Source: an uncultured Christensenella sp. (GTDB lineage Bacteria; Bacillota; Clostridia; Christensenellales; Pumilibacteraceae). From it: DNA of 64,000 nucleotides. The stretch spans positions 4,417 through 68,416 of the forward strand of contig CAJTTD010000011.1 of NCBI GenBank assembly GCA_910579205.1, in the 5' to 3' direction. The notes beneath the pieces were generated by a model. That model saw only the letters and a program-made list of their open reading frames with translations. It was not told where the DNA came from and searched no databases. The position numbers and the translations under genes are program-made. Positions 1 through 7,812 of this stretch are shown piece by piece (positions within the stretch are counted from its first letter, which is position 1; each line of letters opens with the position of its first letter).

Positions 1-248
1 CATCCGATAACTGCTGCATTGAACAGAACCATTCCGCCCGTGGTCGAACCTATGGTCTGCGGCAGACAAAGCGCCACCCCCACCGTGGATTTTCCGTAAA
101 GATCGGCGTTGTTCTGGTCGGTACACACATTCTTTCCCTGTTTACAGTCTTTAAACGACGCGAGCGTGTTGAATCCGCCGCGGGAAACGAGCGCTTTTAA
201 TGTAACAGTGCCGGGTACGACCGTCCTTCCCTTGAATATCTTTTCCAT
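1..248 (-). CDS. Aconitase-X swivel-domain small subunit (DUF126 family); C-terminus cut by the window edge
   Basis: Not in the ORF track because it is truncated. My translation from ATG 246-248 reads MEKIFKGRTVVPGTVTLKALVSRGGFNTLASFKDCKQGKNVCTDQNNADLYGKSTVGVALCLPQTIGSTTGGMVLFNAAVIG and stays open to base 1. The LYGKS..G..L.LP...GST.G core fits DUF126. The start overlaps the stop of the upstream DUF521 gene by 1 nt (TAATG). Confidence 0.7.
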   Translation of the reverse strand, partial: MEKIFKGRTVVPGTVTLKALVSRGGFNTLASFKDCKQGKNVCTDQNNADLYGKSTVGVALCLPQTIGSTTGGMVLFNAAVIG

Positions 249-1519
249 TATTTTTTACCTCCCGTGATCCGGTCGAGGATATCCGCGTCGGTATAGTATC
301 TTGCCGATGTGTACGTGCGCAGCTTGTTGGAATTGGTGATAACGGGCATGCCCGCGCACAGCGGATTATTCATGTACATAAGCGGACATATGTACGACAG
401 CACCACGCCCGCCTTTTTGAGGCGCGCCGCGTCGGGCGTTTTTTCAAATTCTTTTATAACGTCGGGCGCGGAAGTGAACACCGTTTTTATCGCAACTCTC
501 TTGCGACCGTTCTGCTCGAGCTTTGCCGCGATCCGTTCCGTCCAATCGTGAAGCTGCGCGAGCGTCATGTGCGGACAGCCCATAAAGCAAAGTTTGGGCT
601 TTGCGTCTTTGTTCTTCCAAATAACGGGATAGCTGTTTTTTACGCGCTCCAACTCTGCGTCGTCAATGACGTAAGTCTTCGCGTCGGGGCGTATCAAACT
701 TTCGCCTTGCTCCACGGCTTCGGGCGTGAGGTTTTCTATATGGTAAAGCCCCACCGAGCCGTTGGACGCAGTAGCCGCGCCGAAATCCTTTAGATATGTA
801 GTCGCGTCGTCGTTGAGTTCGCTACCCAACCACTTGTCGAGCCCTTTTACGTAAGGCACGTCCTCAAGCACTTTCATGCCTATAGCCGAACCCAAAAGCT
901 GCGCTTCCGGCCGCTCGGTCGTTTTTATTTCCACTATCCACGACGCTTTTCTGCCCTCGTCGGTCAAAAGCCCGAAGTACGGCACATACCCTATGATGCT
1001 GCCGAACATTTCTATTATGCCCGAATTTCTGTTGCAGCGCGCGCCGAGCACCGAGTTGGCGTAATTGACCGCGCTCGACTCCGCCCAAGACAGCACGTCG
1101 CCCTTTTTGGGGCGATTGCCCACTTCGGGGAAATAGCACGCGCATGTAAACGCGTCGTCGCGCAGCAGCCCTATCTTTTTCAACTGCGCTTCGTATCGTT
1201 TTTGCGGACCGTACATCACCTTGAATACTATGTTCTGCAATAAGTTTTTGGGAACTTTTTTATCGCAAGGCCTTGGATCGGCGGAAAATTTCTGTTGAGA
1301 CACCACGCCCGCCGAAACAAGCTCGTCCATCAGATCGAACACGCCCTTTATAACTATAACGCCGAAGCTTGTTACTATATGTCCGTACGTCGAAGTTACG
1401 GGTACCATTTCCGTAGCGCCGAACGTATCGCCGTACATGACGAGCGTGCGCATTATCTTTGCCATAACCTCGCCGTTTTTGCCGTCGAGTATGGCTTGTT
1501 GTTCTTCAGTCAGCCGCAT
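248..1519 (-). CDS. Aconitase-X catalytic-domain large subunit (DUF521 family)
   Basis: ORF 248..1528 starts at GTG. I prefer ATG 1517-1519, which has GGAAAGGAGGTG 6 nt upstream. The N-terminus MRLTEEQQAILDGKNGEVMAKIM, the ~423-aa length and the pairing with a DUF126 gene fit a split AcnX architecture. Confidence 0.75.
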   Translation of the reverse strand: MRLTEEQQAILDGKNGEVMAKIMRTLVMYGDTFGATEMVPVTSTYGHIVTSFGVIVIKGVFDLMDELVSAGVVSQQKFSADPRPCDKKVPKNLLQNIVFKVMYGPQKRYEAQLKKIGLLRDDAFTCACYFPEVGNRPKKGDVLSWAESSAVNYANSVLGARCNRNSGIIEMFGSIIGYVPYFGLLTDEGRKASWIVEIKTTERPEAQLLGSAIGMKVLEDVPYVKGLDKWLGSELNDDATTYLKDFGAATASNGSVGLYHIENLTPEAVEQGESLIRPDAKTYVIDDAELERVKNSYPVIWKNKDAKPKLCFMGCPHMTLAQLHDWTERIAAKLEQNGRKRVAIKTVFTSAPDVIKEFEKTPDAARLKKAGVVLSYICPLMYMNNPLCAGMPVITNSNKLRTYTSARYYTDADILDRITGGKK

Positions 1520-1578
1520 AAGAAGCACCTCCTTTCCGCGCGGATCTTACCGAACGCAAACGCAATTAGCGCGCCGCG

Positions 1579-3630
1579 CTATATCTTCATTGCCACATCC
1601 CACGCACGCCAAACGACTGTGCGCAGATTGCCTATCTCGTTGCAGTCGCCGACGAGCTTAGCTTTTTTGTCGAGCGGATGCGGCACATAGCCCACCGACA
1701 AGATAACGGTGTCGCATTCTATCTCTCTGATATTGCCGTTCTTGTCCGACACCGCAACCGCGCCGTCCTTTATCTCTTTGAGCGACGTCTCGAGCAGCAC
1801 TTCCGCTTGATCGGAATGCAAAGCGAAGTAGTCGCGCAAATACGACGTATTTGCAAGGCACACGCCCTTGACGGCTACAAGGTCGTTTTTCATTTCGACG
1901 ATGGTTATCTTTTTGCCCTTTTGGCAAAGGTCGAGCGCTATCTCGCAGCCCGTAAGCCCGCCGCCTATGACCACCACTTTGTCGCCCGCTTCCTTTTCGC
2001 CGTACAGATATTCGCAAGCCTCTATCGCTTTTTCCGCGCCTTTTACATTGAGCTTACGCGCTTTTCCGCCCGTAGCCACTACTACCTCGTCGCAATCGAG
2101 CGACGCAAGGTCTTTTATCTCGGTGTTGAGCTTAACGTCGATACCCAAGTCATTCATTTCCTTTTCGTACCACTTGATAAGCTCTTTGTCTTTCTCTTTG
2201 AACGACGGCGCAGCGGCGGCTATAAACACTCCGCCCAGCCTGTCCGATCTTTCGTAAAGCGTAACGCTGTGCCCGCGCAGAGCAAGCACGCGCGCCGTTT
2301 CCATACCGCCCACGCCGCCGCCTATAACGGCTACGCGCTTGGCTTTTTTCGCCTTGACTATCTTGTACTTTTTGGACTGCATGGTCTCGGGATTGAGCGC
2401 GCAACGCGCCATGCCCGCATTGTCCGATATGGATTGATCGTTGCCCACGCCGTTGTAGTGCGCCATATTGAAACACGCATTATGACAGCATATGCACGGG
2501 CGGATGGACGCTTCGTCGCCGTTCATCAGTTTTGTTACCCATGCGGGGTCTGTCAAGAACTGCCGCGCCACGCCCATTGCGTCTATCTCGCCGTCCGCTA
2601 TCGCTGCGGACGCTTTTTCGGGCGTCATGCGACCCGCGCACACGACGGGGATATCCACAAACTTTTTGATATGCGCAACCTCGTCGAAGTTGCAGTTTTG
2701 CGGCATGTACGGAGCGGGATGCGCCCAATACCACGCGTCGTATGTACCGTTATCGCAGTTGAGCATGTCGTAGCCCGCATCTTGAAGATACTTGGCGGCG
2801 CGCTCGCTCTCTTCCATGTCCCGTCCTACCTCTACGTAGTCCTCGCCGGGCAACGCGCCCTCGCCGAACCCCTTTGTCTTGGACACGACCGAATAGCGCA
2901 GCGAAACGGGGAAATCGTTGCCGCACACCTTTTTTATGGCTTTTACTATCTCGACGGGGAATCTGTATCTGTTTTCAAACGAACCGCCGTATTCGTCCGT
3001 GCGAAGATTTGTGTACTTCATTGTAAACTGGTCGAGCAGATACCCCTCGTGCACGGCGTGTATCTCTACGCCGTCAACGCCCGCGTCCATGCACAGCTTG
3101 GACGTTTTTGCAAACGCGTCGATCATCTTTTGTATTTCCTTGACGGTGAGCGGACGCGACATGCATTCTTCGTACCAGCGGTTGGGCGTAGCCGATGCGC
3201 TTGCCGTCATATAATCGACGTTCAAGATAGGCTTGAGCATAGCGCCGAGCGCCTTGTTTTTTAACGCCTTTATCATTATGTCGTTGATGGCGAGCGAACG
3301 ACCGAAGCCCGCAGTCAACTGTATGAACAGCTTGCTGCCCGTTTTGTGGAACTCGTCCATAAATGCTTTTAGCTTTTTGAACTTGCCCTTACCTTGGTAA
3401 AGCCACTTCCCGAGAAGTATATCTCTGAGCGGCGCGATACCGGGGAGAATAAGCCCTACGTTGTTCTTGGCACGCTCCAATAAAAAGTTCGCCGCTTCTT
3501 TGTCGAAGTGGTTAGGCTCCATCCACCCGAAAATAGACGTCCCGCCCATAGAAGTCATGACAATGCGGTTTTTGATTTCCACATTGCCTATCTTCCACGG
3601 CGTAAACAGAAATTCATACGTTTCGTTCAT
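1579..3630 (-). CDS. Old-yellow-enzyme family FMN/FAD/[4Fe-4S] oxidoreductase (2-enoate / 2,4-dienoyl-CoA reductase type)
   Basis: ORF 1579..3699. I moved the start to ATG 3628-3630, which has an AAGGAAAG RBS; a consensus promoter sits inside the longer ORF. It has an N-terminal OYE-like barrel, the Cys cluster RPCICCHNAC..C, and then a VAVIGGGVGGME dinucleotide-binding fold. Confidence 0.85.
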   Translation of the reverse strand: MNETYEFLFTPWKIGNVEIKNRIVMTSMGGTSIFGWMEPNHFDKEAANFLLERAKNNVGLILPGIAPLRDILLGKWLYQGKGKFKKLKAFMDEFHKTGSKLFIQLTAGFGRSLAINDIMIKALKNKALGAMLKPILNVDYMTASASATPNRWYEECMSRPLTVKEIQKMIDAFAKTSKLCMDAGVDGVEIHAVHEGYLLDQFTMKYTNLRTDEYGGSFENRYRFPVEIVKAIKKVCGNDFPVSLRYSVVSKTKGFGEGALPGEDYVEVGRDMEESERAAKYLQDAGYDMLNCDNGTYDAWYWAHPAPYMPQNCNFDEVAHIKKFVDIPVVCAGRMTPEKASAAIADGEIDAMGVARQFLTDPAWVTKLMNGDEASIRPCICCHNACFNMAHYNGVGNDQSISDNAGMARCALNPETMQSKKYKIVKAKKAKRVAVIGGGVGGMETARVLALRGHSVTLYERSDRLGGVFIAAAAPSFKEKDKELIKWYEKEMNDLGIDVKLNTEIKDLASLDCDEVVVATGGKARKLNVKGAEKAIEACEYLYGEKEAGDKVVVIGGGLTGCEIALDLCQKGKKITIVEMKNDLVAVKGVCLANTSYLRDYFALHSDQAEVLLETSLKEIKDGAVAVSDKNGNIREIECDTVILSVGYVPHPLDKKAKLVGDCNEIGNLRTVVWRAWDVAMKI

Positions 3631-3670
3631 GGCTATCACTTTCCTTTTGTTTATTTGTTTGGTTACGCCC

Positions 3671-3699
3671 ATTATAATGGAAATGTCGTAGTTTGTCAA
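3671..3699 (-). promoter_or_regulatory. Consensus sigma-A promoter for the flavoenzyme/AcnX operon
   Basis: Minus strand reads TTGACA (3699-3694), a 17-nt spacer, then TATAAT (3676-3671), about 40 nt upstream of ATG 3630. Confidence 0.6.
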
Positions 3700-3775
3700 T
3701 ACTCATTTGGAAAATAGTTATGCTTATACCCATTCTTTACATCTATGTCTGCCGTCGTCCGTCTATGCCGCGCGC

Positions 3776-3824
3776 AAACAAAAAGACCCGAACGTGCGCG
3801 CGGCAAGCTCGGATCTTTTGTTTT
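3776..3824 (-). terminator. Intrinsic terminator downstream of the lipoprotein gene (bidirectional shape)
   Basis: A 9-bp stem forms between 3785-3793 and 3807-3815 (two G:U pairs on the minus strand). It is flanked by an A-run at 3776-3784 and a T-run at 3816-3824. Confidence 0.5.
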
Positions 3825-3871
3825 AAGTCGCACATTACGACAGATATACGAATTAGGCGTTGACTGCTATC

Positions 3872-5545
3872 TTAAATGTTGCCGAAAAGTCCGGACATGA
3901 AATCGACATATGTTATAAGCTCCGGGGCAAAATCGCACAAGTAAACATATATCGTCTCGGGATACTGTTGTCCTTTGACCGTTACGTAGATATTGATAGA
4001 AATGTCTGTTCCGTCTACATAATCGGCTTTACCCTTTATGGAGTTGATGAACGAACGCTTGACGGTGTACGTTTTTGTTGATACGTCGTAAACTATATCG
4101 TTTTCCGCAAGCTCGCACTCGGTGTAGAAATATCCCTCGTCGTCGGCACGGTAGCAATACGCCGCTCTATACTCGATGTCGCTGAATTCGGCAGAACCGG
4201 TCTCCACCAAGAAGTTTACGTCGCCCGTTTGCGGAAGGACCACTATACGCGTGCTGTCGCCGATCTGCTGATCGGGGAAGAATTTATCTATAGTCCACGG
4301 CGCTTTATCGGTATCCACGATCTCGCTTACGGTAAGCGCAAACGAAGCGGTATAGTCGTTGTCGCCGAGAACGGTGAAACTTTCGTCCGCTACGCCGCTG
4401 AAGTTATGCGCAAACGAGCAAGACGCGTTTATCGCGGTAAGAGCGTCGGTTTCGTCGAATACAAAGTCGATCTGCGCCTTGCAATCGGTTACGGCAAAGC
4501 CTTGAGTGAACGCCGCTTTCAATTCGGGCTTTTGCTCTCCTATCATATCTACGAGTTCGTTCACTTTAAACGCGTCGAGCATAGTCGTAACGACGGCGAT
4601 AGCGCCTTCGAGATCGGCTTGGAGGGTGGTGGTGTCGTAAGGTTCTTCGGGGAACAAATAACCCATGATCTGCGCCGTCAAAGCGTTGGGATCGATAGGT
4701 CCTTCCATTAACGAGGGCAACACGTTGTTTACAACGGCTACCATGCCCTCGAGAAGCTGACCCACTTTCATGGCTTTTATCATTTCCACTACTTGAGGAT
4801 CGAGATCGGCAAGCAGCTCGTCAAAATTCAATGCGCCTTCGGACGCCGTCTCCAACATTTGCATAAGATCTTCGACGGAATTGTCTTTTGCCGCAACGCC
4901 CGCGGTTACTATAAAGTCTATTCCGCTTTCAAGATCGTAAGCATTGTCCGTAGCGACCTTTATAACTTCGTCCAAAACGTCTTTAAGCGAAAGTTGGTCG
5001 GCGTAAGCGGTTTGCATGAAAGTGAGAACGGAGTTGATCTCCTCTTTAAAGTCCGCTTTAAGGCTGAGCGTGGACGTTTCTTCGTCGTAAACGAAAAGCT
5101 CGGACACATCGACTTCTTCGGGTTCTTGGGCTTGCGCCATGTACTCTTTAAGCCCTTCAACATAGCCGCTCGGCATGACCTGGCGGTACATAAAACCTTG
5201 CGCATCGCCGAGATATATGTATCCCGAAGCAAGATCCAATAAAACGTCGTCGTTTTCCGCGCCCTCTTTGCTGAGGCGTATCTGATCGCCGCGTTTTTCC
5301 GCCGTGATCTTCCCATTGATCGCGGCAGTGTTTTTTGTATCCGCGTTTACTTCAACTTTCAAGGTAAAGCCGTTGGCTTTTACTATTTTATCCAAGTTGG
5401 ATCGAAGCGAAGTCAATGCGGCAGCGACCGTCTTTTCGTTTCCTTCGGGCGGGTTATCGTTGCCGCCTCTTTTACACGCTGCAAGTGAAAAGCAAAGAAC
5501 AAATGCAAGCAGCAACGTGATCAGCACTGAAAACTTTTTCTTCAT
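3872..5545 (-). CDS. Lipoprotein of unknown function
   Basis: ORF 3872..5605. Start set to ATG 5543-5545, preceded by an AAGGAG RBS. MKKKFSVLITLLLAFVLCFSLAAC is a signal peptide with a lipobox. Confidence 0.75.
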   Translation of the reverse strand: MKKKFSVLITLLLAFVLCFSLAACKRGGNDNPPEGNEKTVAAALTSLRSNLDKIVKANGFTLKVEVNADTKNTAAINGKITAEKRGDQIRLSKEGAENDDVLLDLASGYIYLGDAQGFMYRQVMPSGYVEGLKEYMAQAQEPEEVDVSELFVYDEETSTLSLKADFKEEINSVLTFMQTAYADQLSLKDVLDEVIKVATDNAYDLESGIDFIVTAGVAAKDNSVEDLMQMLETASEGALNFDELLADLDPQVVEMIKAMKVGQLLEGMVAVVNNVLPSLMEGPIDPNALTAQIMGYLFPEEPYDTTTLQADLEGAIAVVTTMLDAFKVNELVDMIGEQKPELKAAFTQGFAVTDCKAQIDFVFDETDALTAINASCSFAHNFSGVADESFTVLGDNDYTASFALTVSEIVDTDKAPWTIDKFFPDQQIGDSTRIVVLPQTGDVNFLVETGSAEFSDIEYRAAYCYRADDEGYFYTECELAENDIVYDVSTKTYTVKRSFINSIKGKADYVDGTDISINIYVTVKGQQYPETIYVYLCDFAPELITYVDFMSGLFGNI

Positions 5546-5576
5546 GATATACTCCTTTACGGTATTTTGTATCGTA

Positions 5577-5605
5577 ATTATACACCTAAGGCATACACAT
5601 GTCAA
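5577..5605 (-). promoter_or_regulatory. Consensus sigma-A promoter for the lipoprotein gene
   Basis: Minus strand reads TTGACA (5605-5600), a 17-nt spacer, then TATAAT (5582-5577), about 30 nt upstream of ATG 5545. Confidence 0.6.
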
Positions 5606-5800
5606 GTTATGCGTTCATATTATTTATATTTTTTTACAAGCGATACCGCACAGCGTTTAAAGCTTATCGCCGCATATTTGTATATGCGCGCGATCTGCCG
5701 AACGACAATGCGGATGTGCATTTTTACGATAATATTAAACGGTTTACAAAACTTTGTTTTCGTGTTGCGCTCACAATATTGTCCGCAAAATGCGGATAGT

Positions 5801-5859
5801 AGCCGTTAGTTGCAATACGGCGCAAAAAAGCCCTTGCAAGCAAGCTTTTTCATTTATAT
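5801..5859. repeat. Intergenic two-hairpin repeat, copy 1 (partner at 30969-31027)
   Basis: By hand alignment, 48/52 nt of the core and 53/59 nt overall match the second copy. It contains the hairpin GCCGT..ACGGC and an A-run/hairpin/T-run terminator-like module. It lies 6 nt past the radC-like stop. Confidence 0.7.
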
Positions 5860-5865
5860 ATAGCA

Positions 5866-6612
5866 TTACGCTCTATCATTCAAATAAGCGCGACGAACAG
5901 CGGCGTTGCGCGCTTCGACATAGCGCTTAATTCCGTGCGGATCGTCCGCGATATCGCTCAACTTTTTGTCCGTCGCAGCCGTTATGTCTATCACGCCTAT
6001 GCCATTGATCGCATTGACAAGACTGAATAGTTTGAACGGCGCGTATTCTATGTGATCGACGAGTCGAGCGCCGACTGCGGCAAGCGCATCGCTCAACCGC
6101 ATTATGTCGTCGAGTTTGCGCACGCTCGGTTCGGGCTTGGGACAGTGCGGTCTGAAGCTAACCGTTATCGATCTGTAAGCGCCGTATCTGCACGCATTGC
6201 CTACCACGCTGCGCACTATCTCTCCCTCTATCCTTTCGCAGTGCGATACTTTTCCGTTATCCGAAAGATATATGCAATACTCGCCGCTAACATCAGTGTT
6301 CATAAAGTACACCAACAAAAACCGTGCAAGCGAAGCTTCGCTGTCTATCACATTGCGATCGGACGCGCGTGCGACCGCTTGACGAAACGCCGGTTTTGCA
6401 AAAGTAAAGAACGCTGCGGCACGAGCGGTAATGCCCGTTACCGACATCAATTCCTCGCGAGTCGCATCGAACGCCCCGTTAAATGAACCGAATTTGCGAA
6501 TAAGCCGTTCCGCCAACTCTTCGCATTCATGTTCATATAACACATTCAATAAATATTTCAACAAACCTATATCGCTTACATGCTTTTCGTACAAAGACAC
6601 GATCGATCCCAT
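5866..6612 (-). CDS. RadC-like (UPF0758/JAB-fold) protein with a degenerate metal-binding motif
   Basis: The N-terminal HhH-like segment reads LIRKFGSFNGAFDATREELMSVTGI. The C-terminal segment SFRPHCPKPEPSVRKLD...LVDHIEY occupies the place of the canonical HNHPSG.PEPS..D...LDHII. Confidence 0.65.
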   Translation of the reverse strand: MGSIVSLYEKHVSDIGLLKYLLNVLYEHECEELAERLIRKFGSFNGAFDATREELMSVTGITARAAAFFTFAKPAFRQAVARASDRNVIDSEASLARFLLVYFMNTDVSGEYCIYLSDNGKVSHCERIEGEIVRSVVGNACRYGAYRSITVSFRPHCPKPEPSVRKLDDIMRLSDALAAVGARLVDHIEYAPFKLFSLVNAINGIGVIDITAATDKKLSDIADDPHGIKRYVEARNAAVRRAYLNDRA

Positions 6613-6676
6613 ATCTCACTTTCCGTAATTATAATTGCTTAAATACCGCGCTAAGCATAACGGCGCGTTTGCACCG

Positions 6677-6889
6677 CTATATTTCCGCCCTTCCGACAAG
6701 CTCGTCGATAGTGCAACAAAAATAATCGGCAAGAAGCCACAGACTTGTTATGCTCGGCTGTTTTTAATTGGACAACCAAGCGCTGACAGCGCTCGACACC
6801 ACCCCTATCTTTTTCGCAAGCTCGGATTGATTGAGCATGTTCTGTTTCATCAACAACCGTAAATCGTCTGCAAATTTTATATCGACCAT
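6677..6889 (-). pseudogene. XRE/Cro-type HTH regulator interrupted by an in-frame TAA
   Basis: My base-by-base translation reads MVDIKFADDLRLLMKQNMLNQSELAKKIGVVSSAVSAWLSN, then TAA (6764-6766), then KQPSITSLWLLADYFCCTIDELVGRAEI, then TAG (6677-6679). Both halves are in one frame and together make a typical ~70-aa HTH_3 protein. Confidence 0.7.
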
Positions 6890-6899
6890 ACAAACAATA

Positions 6900-6942
6900 T
6901 ATCTCTATGGAAACAAATAAAATCGATTTATCTCCATGGAAA
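6900..6942. promoter_or_regulatory. Two 14-nt direct repeats upstream of the XRE gene (putative operator)
   Basis: TATCTCTATGGAAA (6900-6913) and TATCTCCATGGAAA (6929-6942) differ by 1 nt and are 29 nt apart. The second contains the palindrome TCCATGGA. They lie 11-53 nt upstream of ATG 6889. Confidence 0.4.
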
Positions 6943-6985
6943 AATCAACGCTGCGCATGACAACGCCGATCATCACTGTCGAACG

Positions 6986-7747
6986 CTACTTTATATCGCC
7001 GCGTATCGCCGCAGACGGTACGTACTTGCGCGCGATGCTCAAGTATTCGCGCATTGTTTCCTCCGTCGGTGCGGAAAGACTTTTGTCGGGAACGGTGTCG
7101 CGCATGACAAAATACTGCAAAAAATATTTTTCCGCGCCCGCTATCATTTTTGCCGCGTCCTCTATAGAGTAGGCGTCGAACAGCTCGGAAATAACGGTGG
7201 TGCGAAATTCGTAGGGTACGCCCGAGCTCATAATAATGGATACGGAGCGCATTATCGGCGAAATATCGAACCGCTCAGACGGCAAGCCCACCGTTTCCGC
7301 ATAGCGGTCGGGTGCGTTTTTTATATCCATTGCTATGTAATCGAGCAAGCCTTCGTTTATCAAGCTTTCGAGATTTTCGGGGAGATATCCGTTTGTATCG
7401 AGCTTTATCTTATAACCGAGCCGTTTGATATCGCGCAAAAATCTGTCGAGGTCGGAATATAGTGTAGGCTCGCCGCCCGTTACGCATACGCCCTCGAGTA
7501 TGCCCGCTCGTTTTTTTAAAAAGTCGAAGATCTCCGATTCGTCGTAAAATAATACGTCCCTACCCAATAGCTCGCTGTTATGACAATACGGACAGCGGAA
7601 ATTACAGCTCGGCACAAACAGCGTACATGCCGTATGCTCGGGATAATCAAGCAACGTTAGCTTTTGAATGCCGCTTATCTTAATGTATCTCTCCAATATT
7701 TCAACCGCCTTGATGCTTTTGATATAAAATATTATACATAAAACCAC
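6986..7747 (-). CDS. Glycyl-radical-enzyme activase, anaerobic RNR activase (NrdG)-like radical SAM protein
   Basis: It carries GIQKLTLLDYPEHTACTLFVPSCNFRCPYCHN (a CxxxCxxC motif) and VTGGEP. The track start is GTG 7747. A shorter TTG start at 7696, with an AAGGCGG RBS, is at least as likely. Confidence 0.7.
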   Translation of the reverse strand: MVLCIIFYIKSIKAVEILERYIKISGIQKLTLLDYPEHTACTLFVPSCNFRCPYCHNSELLGRDVLFYDESEIFDFLKKRAGILEGVCVTGGEPTLYSDLDRFLRDIKRLGYKIKLDTNGYLPENLESLINEGLLDYIAMDIKNAPDRYAETVGLPSERFDISPIMRSVSIIMSSGVPYEFRTTVISELFDAYSIEDAAKMIAGAEKYFLQYFVMRDTVPDKSLSAPTEETMREYLSIARKYVPSAAIRGDIK

Positions 7748-7812
7748 TTAAAAAAACAAGCGATTTTTCGGCGGTAGGAACGCGCGGCGGTTCGTAAGGA
7801 TATGGCGGGCTA

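Noticed and set aside
1678-3264. Other long antisense ORFs, all opposite strong homology-supported genes:
- 1678-3264
- 29325-30587
- 37093-38643
- 39694-40557
- 46783-48435
- 54613-56145
- 59001-60146
- 60704-61660
   Set aside because: They have the same Arg-rich shadow composition. Each overlaps a gene with clear family motifs on the other strand (OYE reductase, guaA, typA, leuA, ARH, SBP/lipoprotein, GH2, ArsR-like). I see no independent evidence that they are coding.
3631-3699. N-terminal extensions offered by the ORF track for several genes: 3699, 5605, 16906, 28432, 33301, 36236, 38760, 42874, 47341, 48771 and 53790.
   Set aside because: In each case an internal ATG has a good RBS, or a signal peptide or lipobox, or matches the family N-terminus. 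The extension either contains a promoter, overlaps the upstream gene, or is Arg-rich junk.
6764-6766. The in-frame TAA as evidence for stop-codon reassignment.
   Set aside because: TAA is used as a genuine terminator by many well-supported genes in this window, such as rpmH, the DUF521 gene, guaA and the precursor peptide. A nonsense mutation or sequencing error is therefore the parsimonious explanation.
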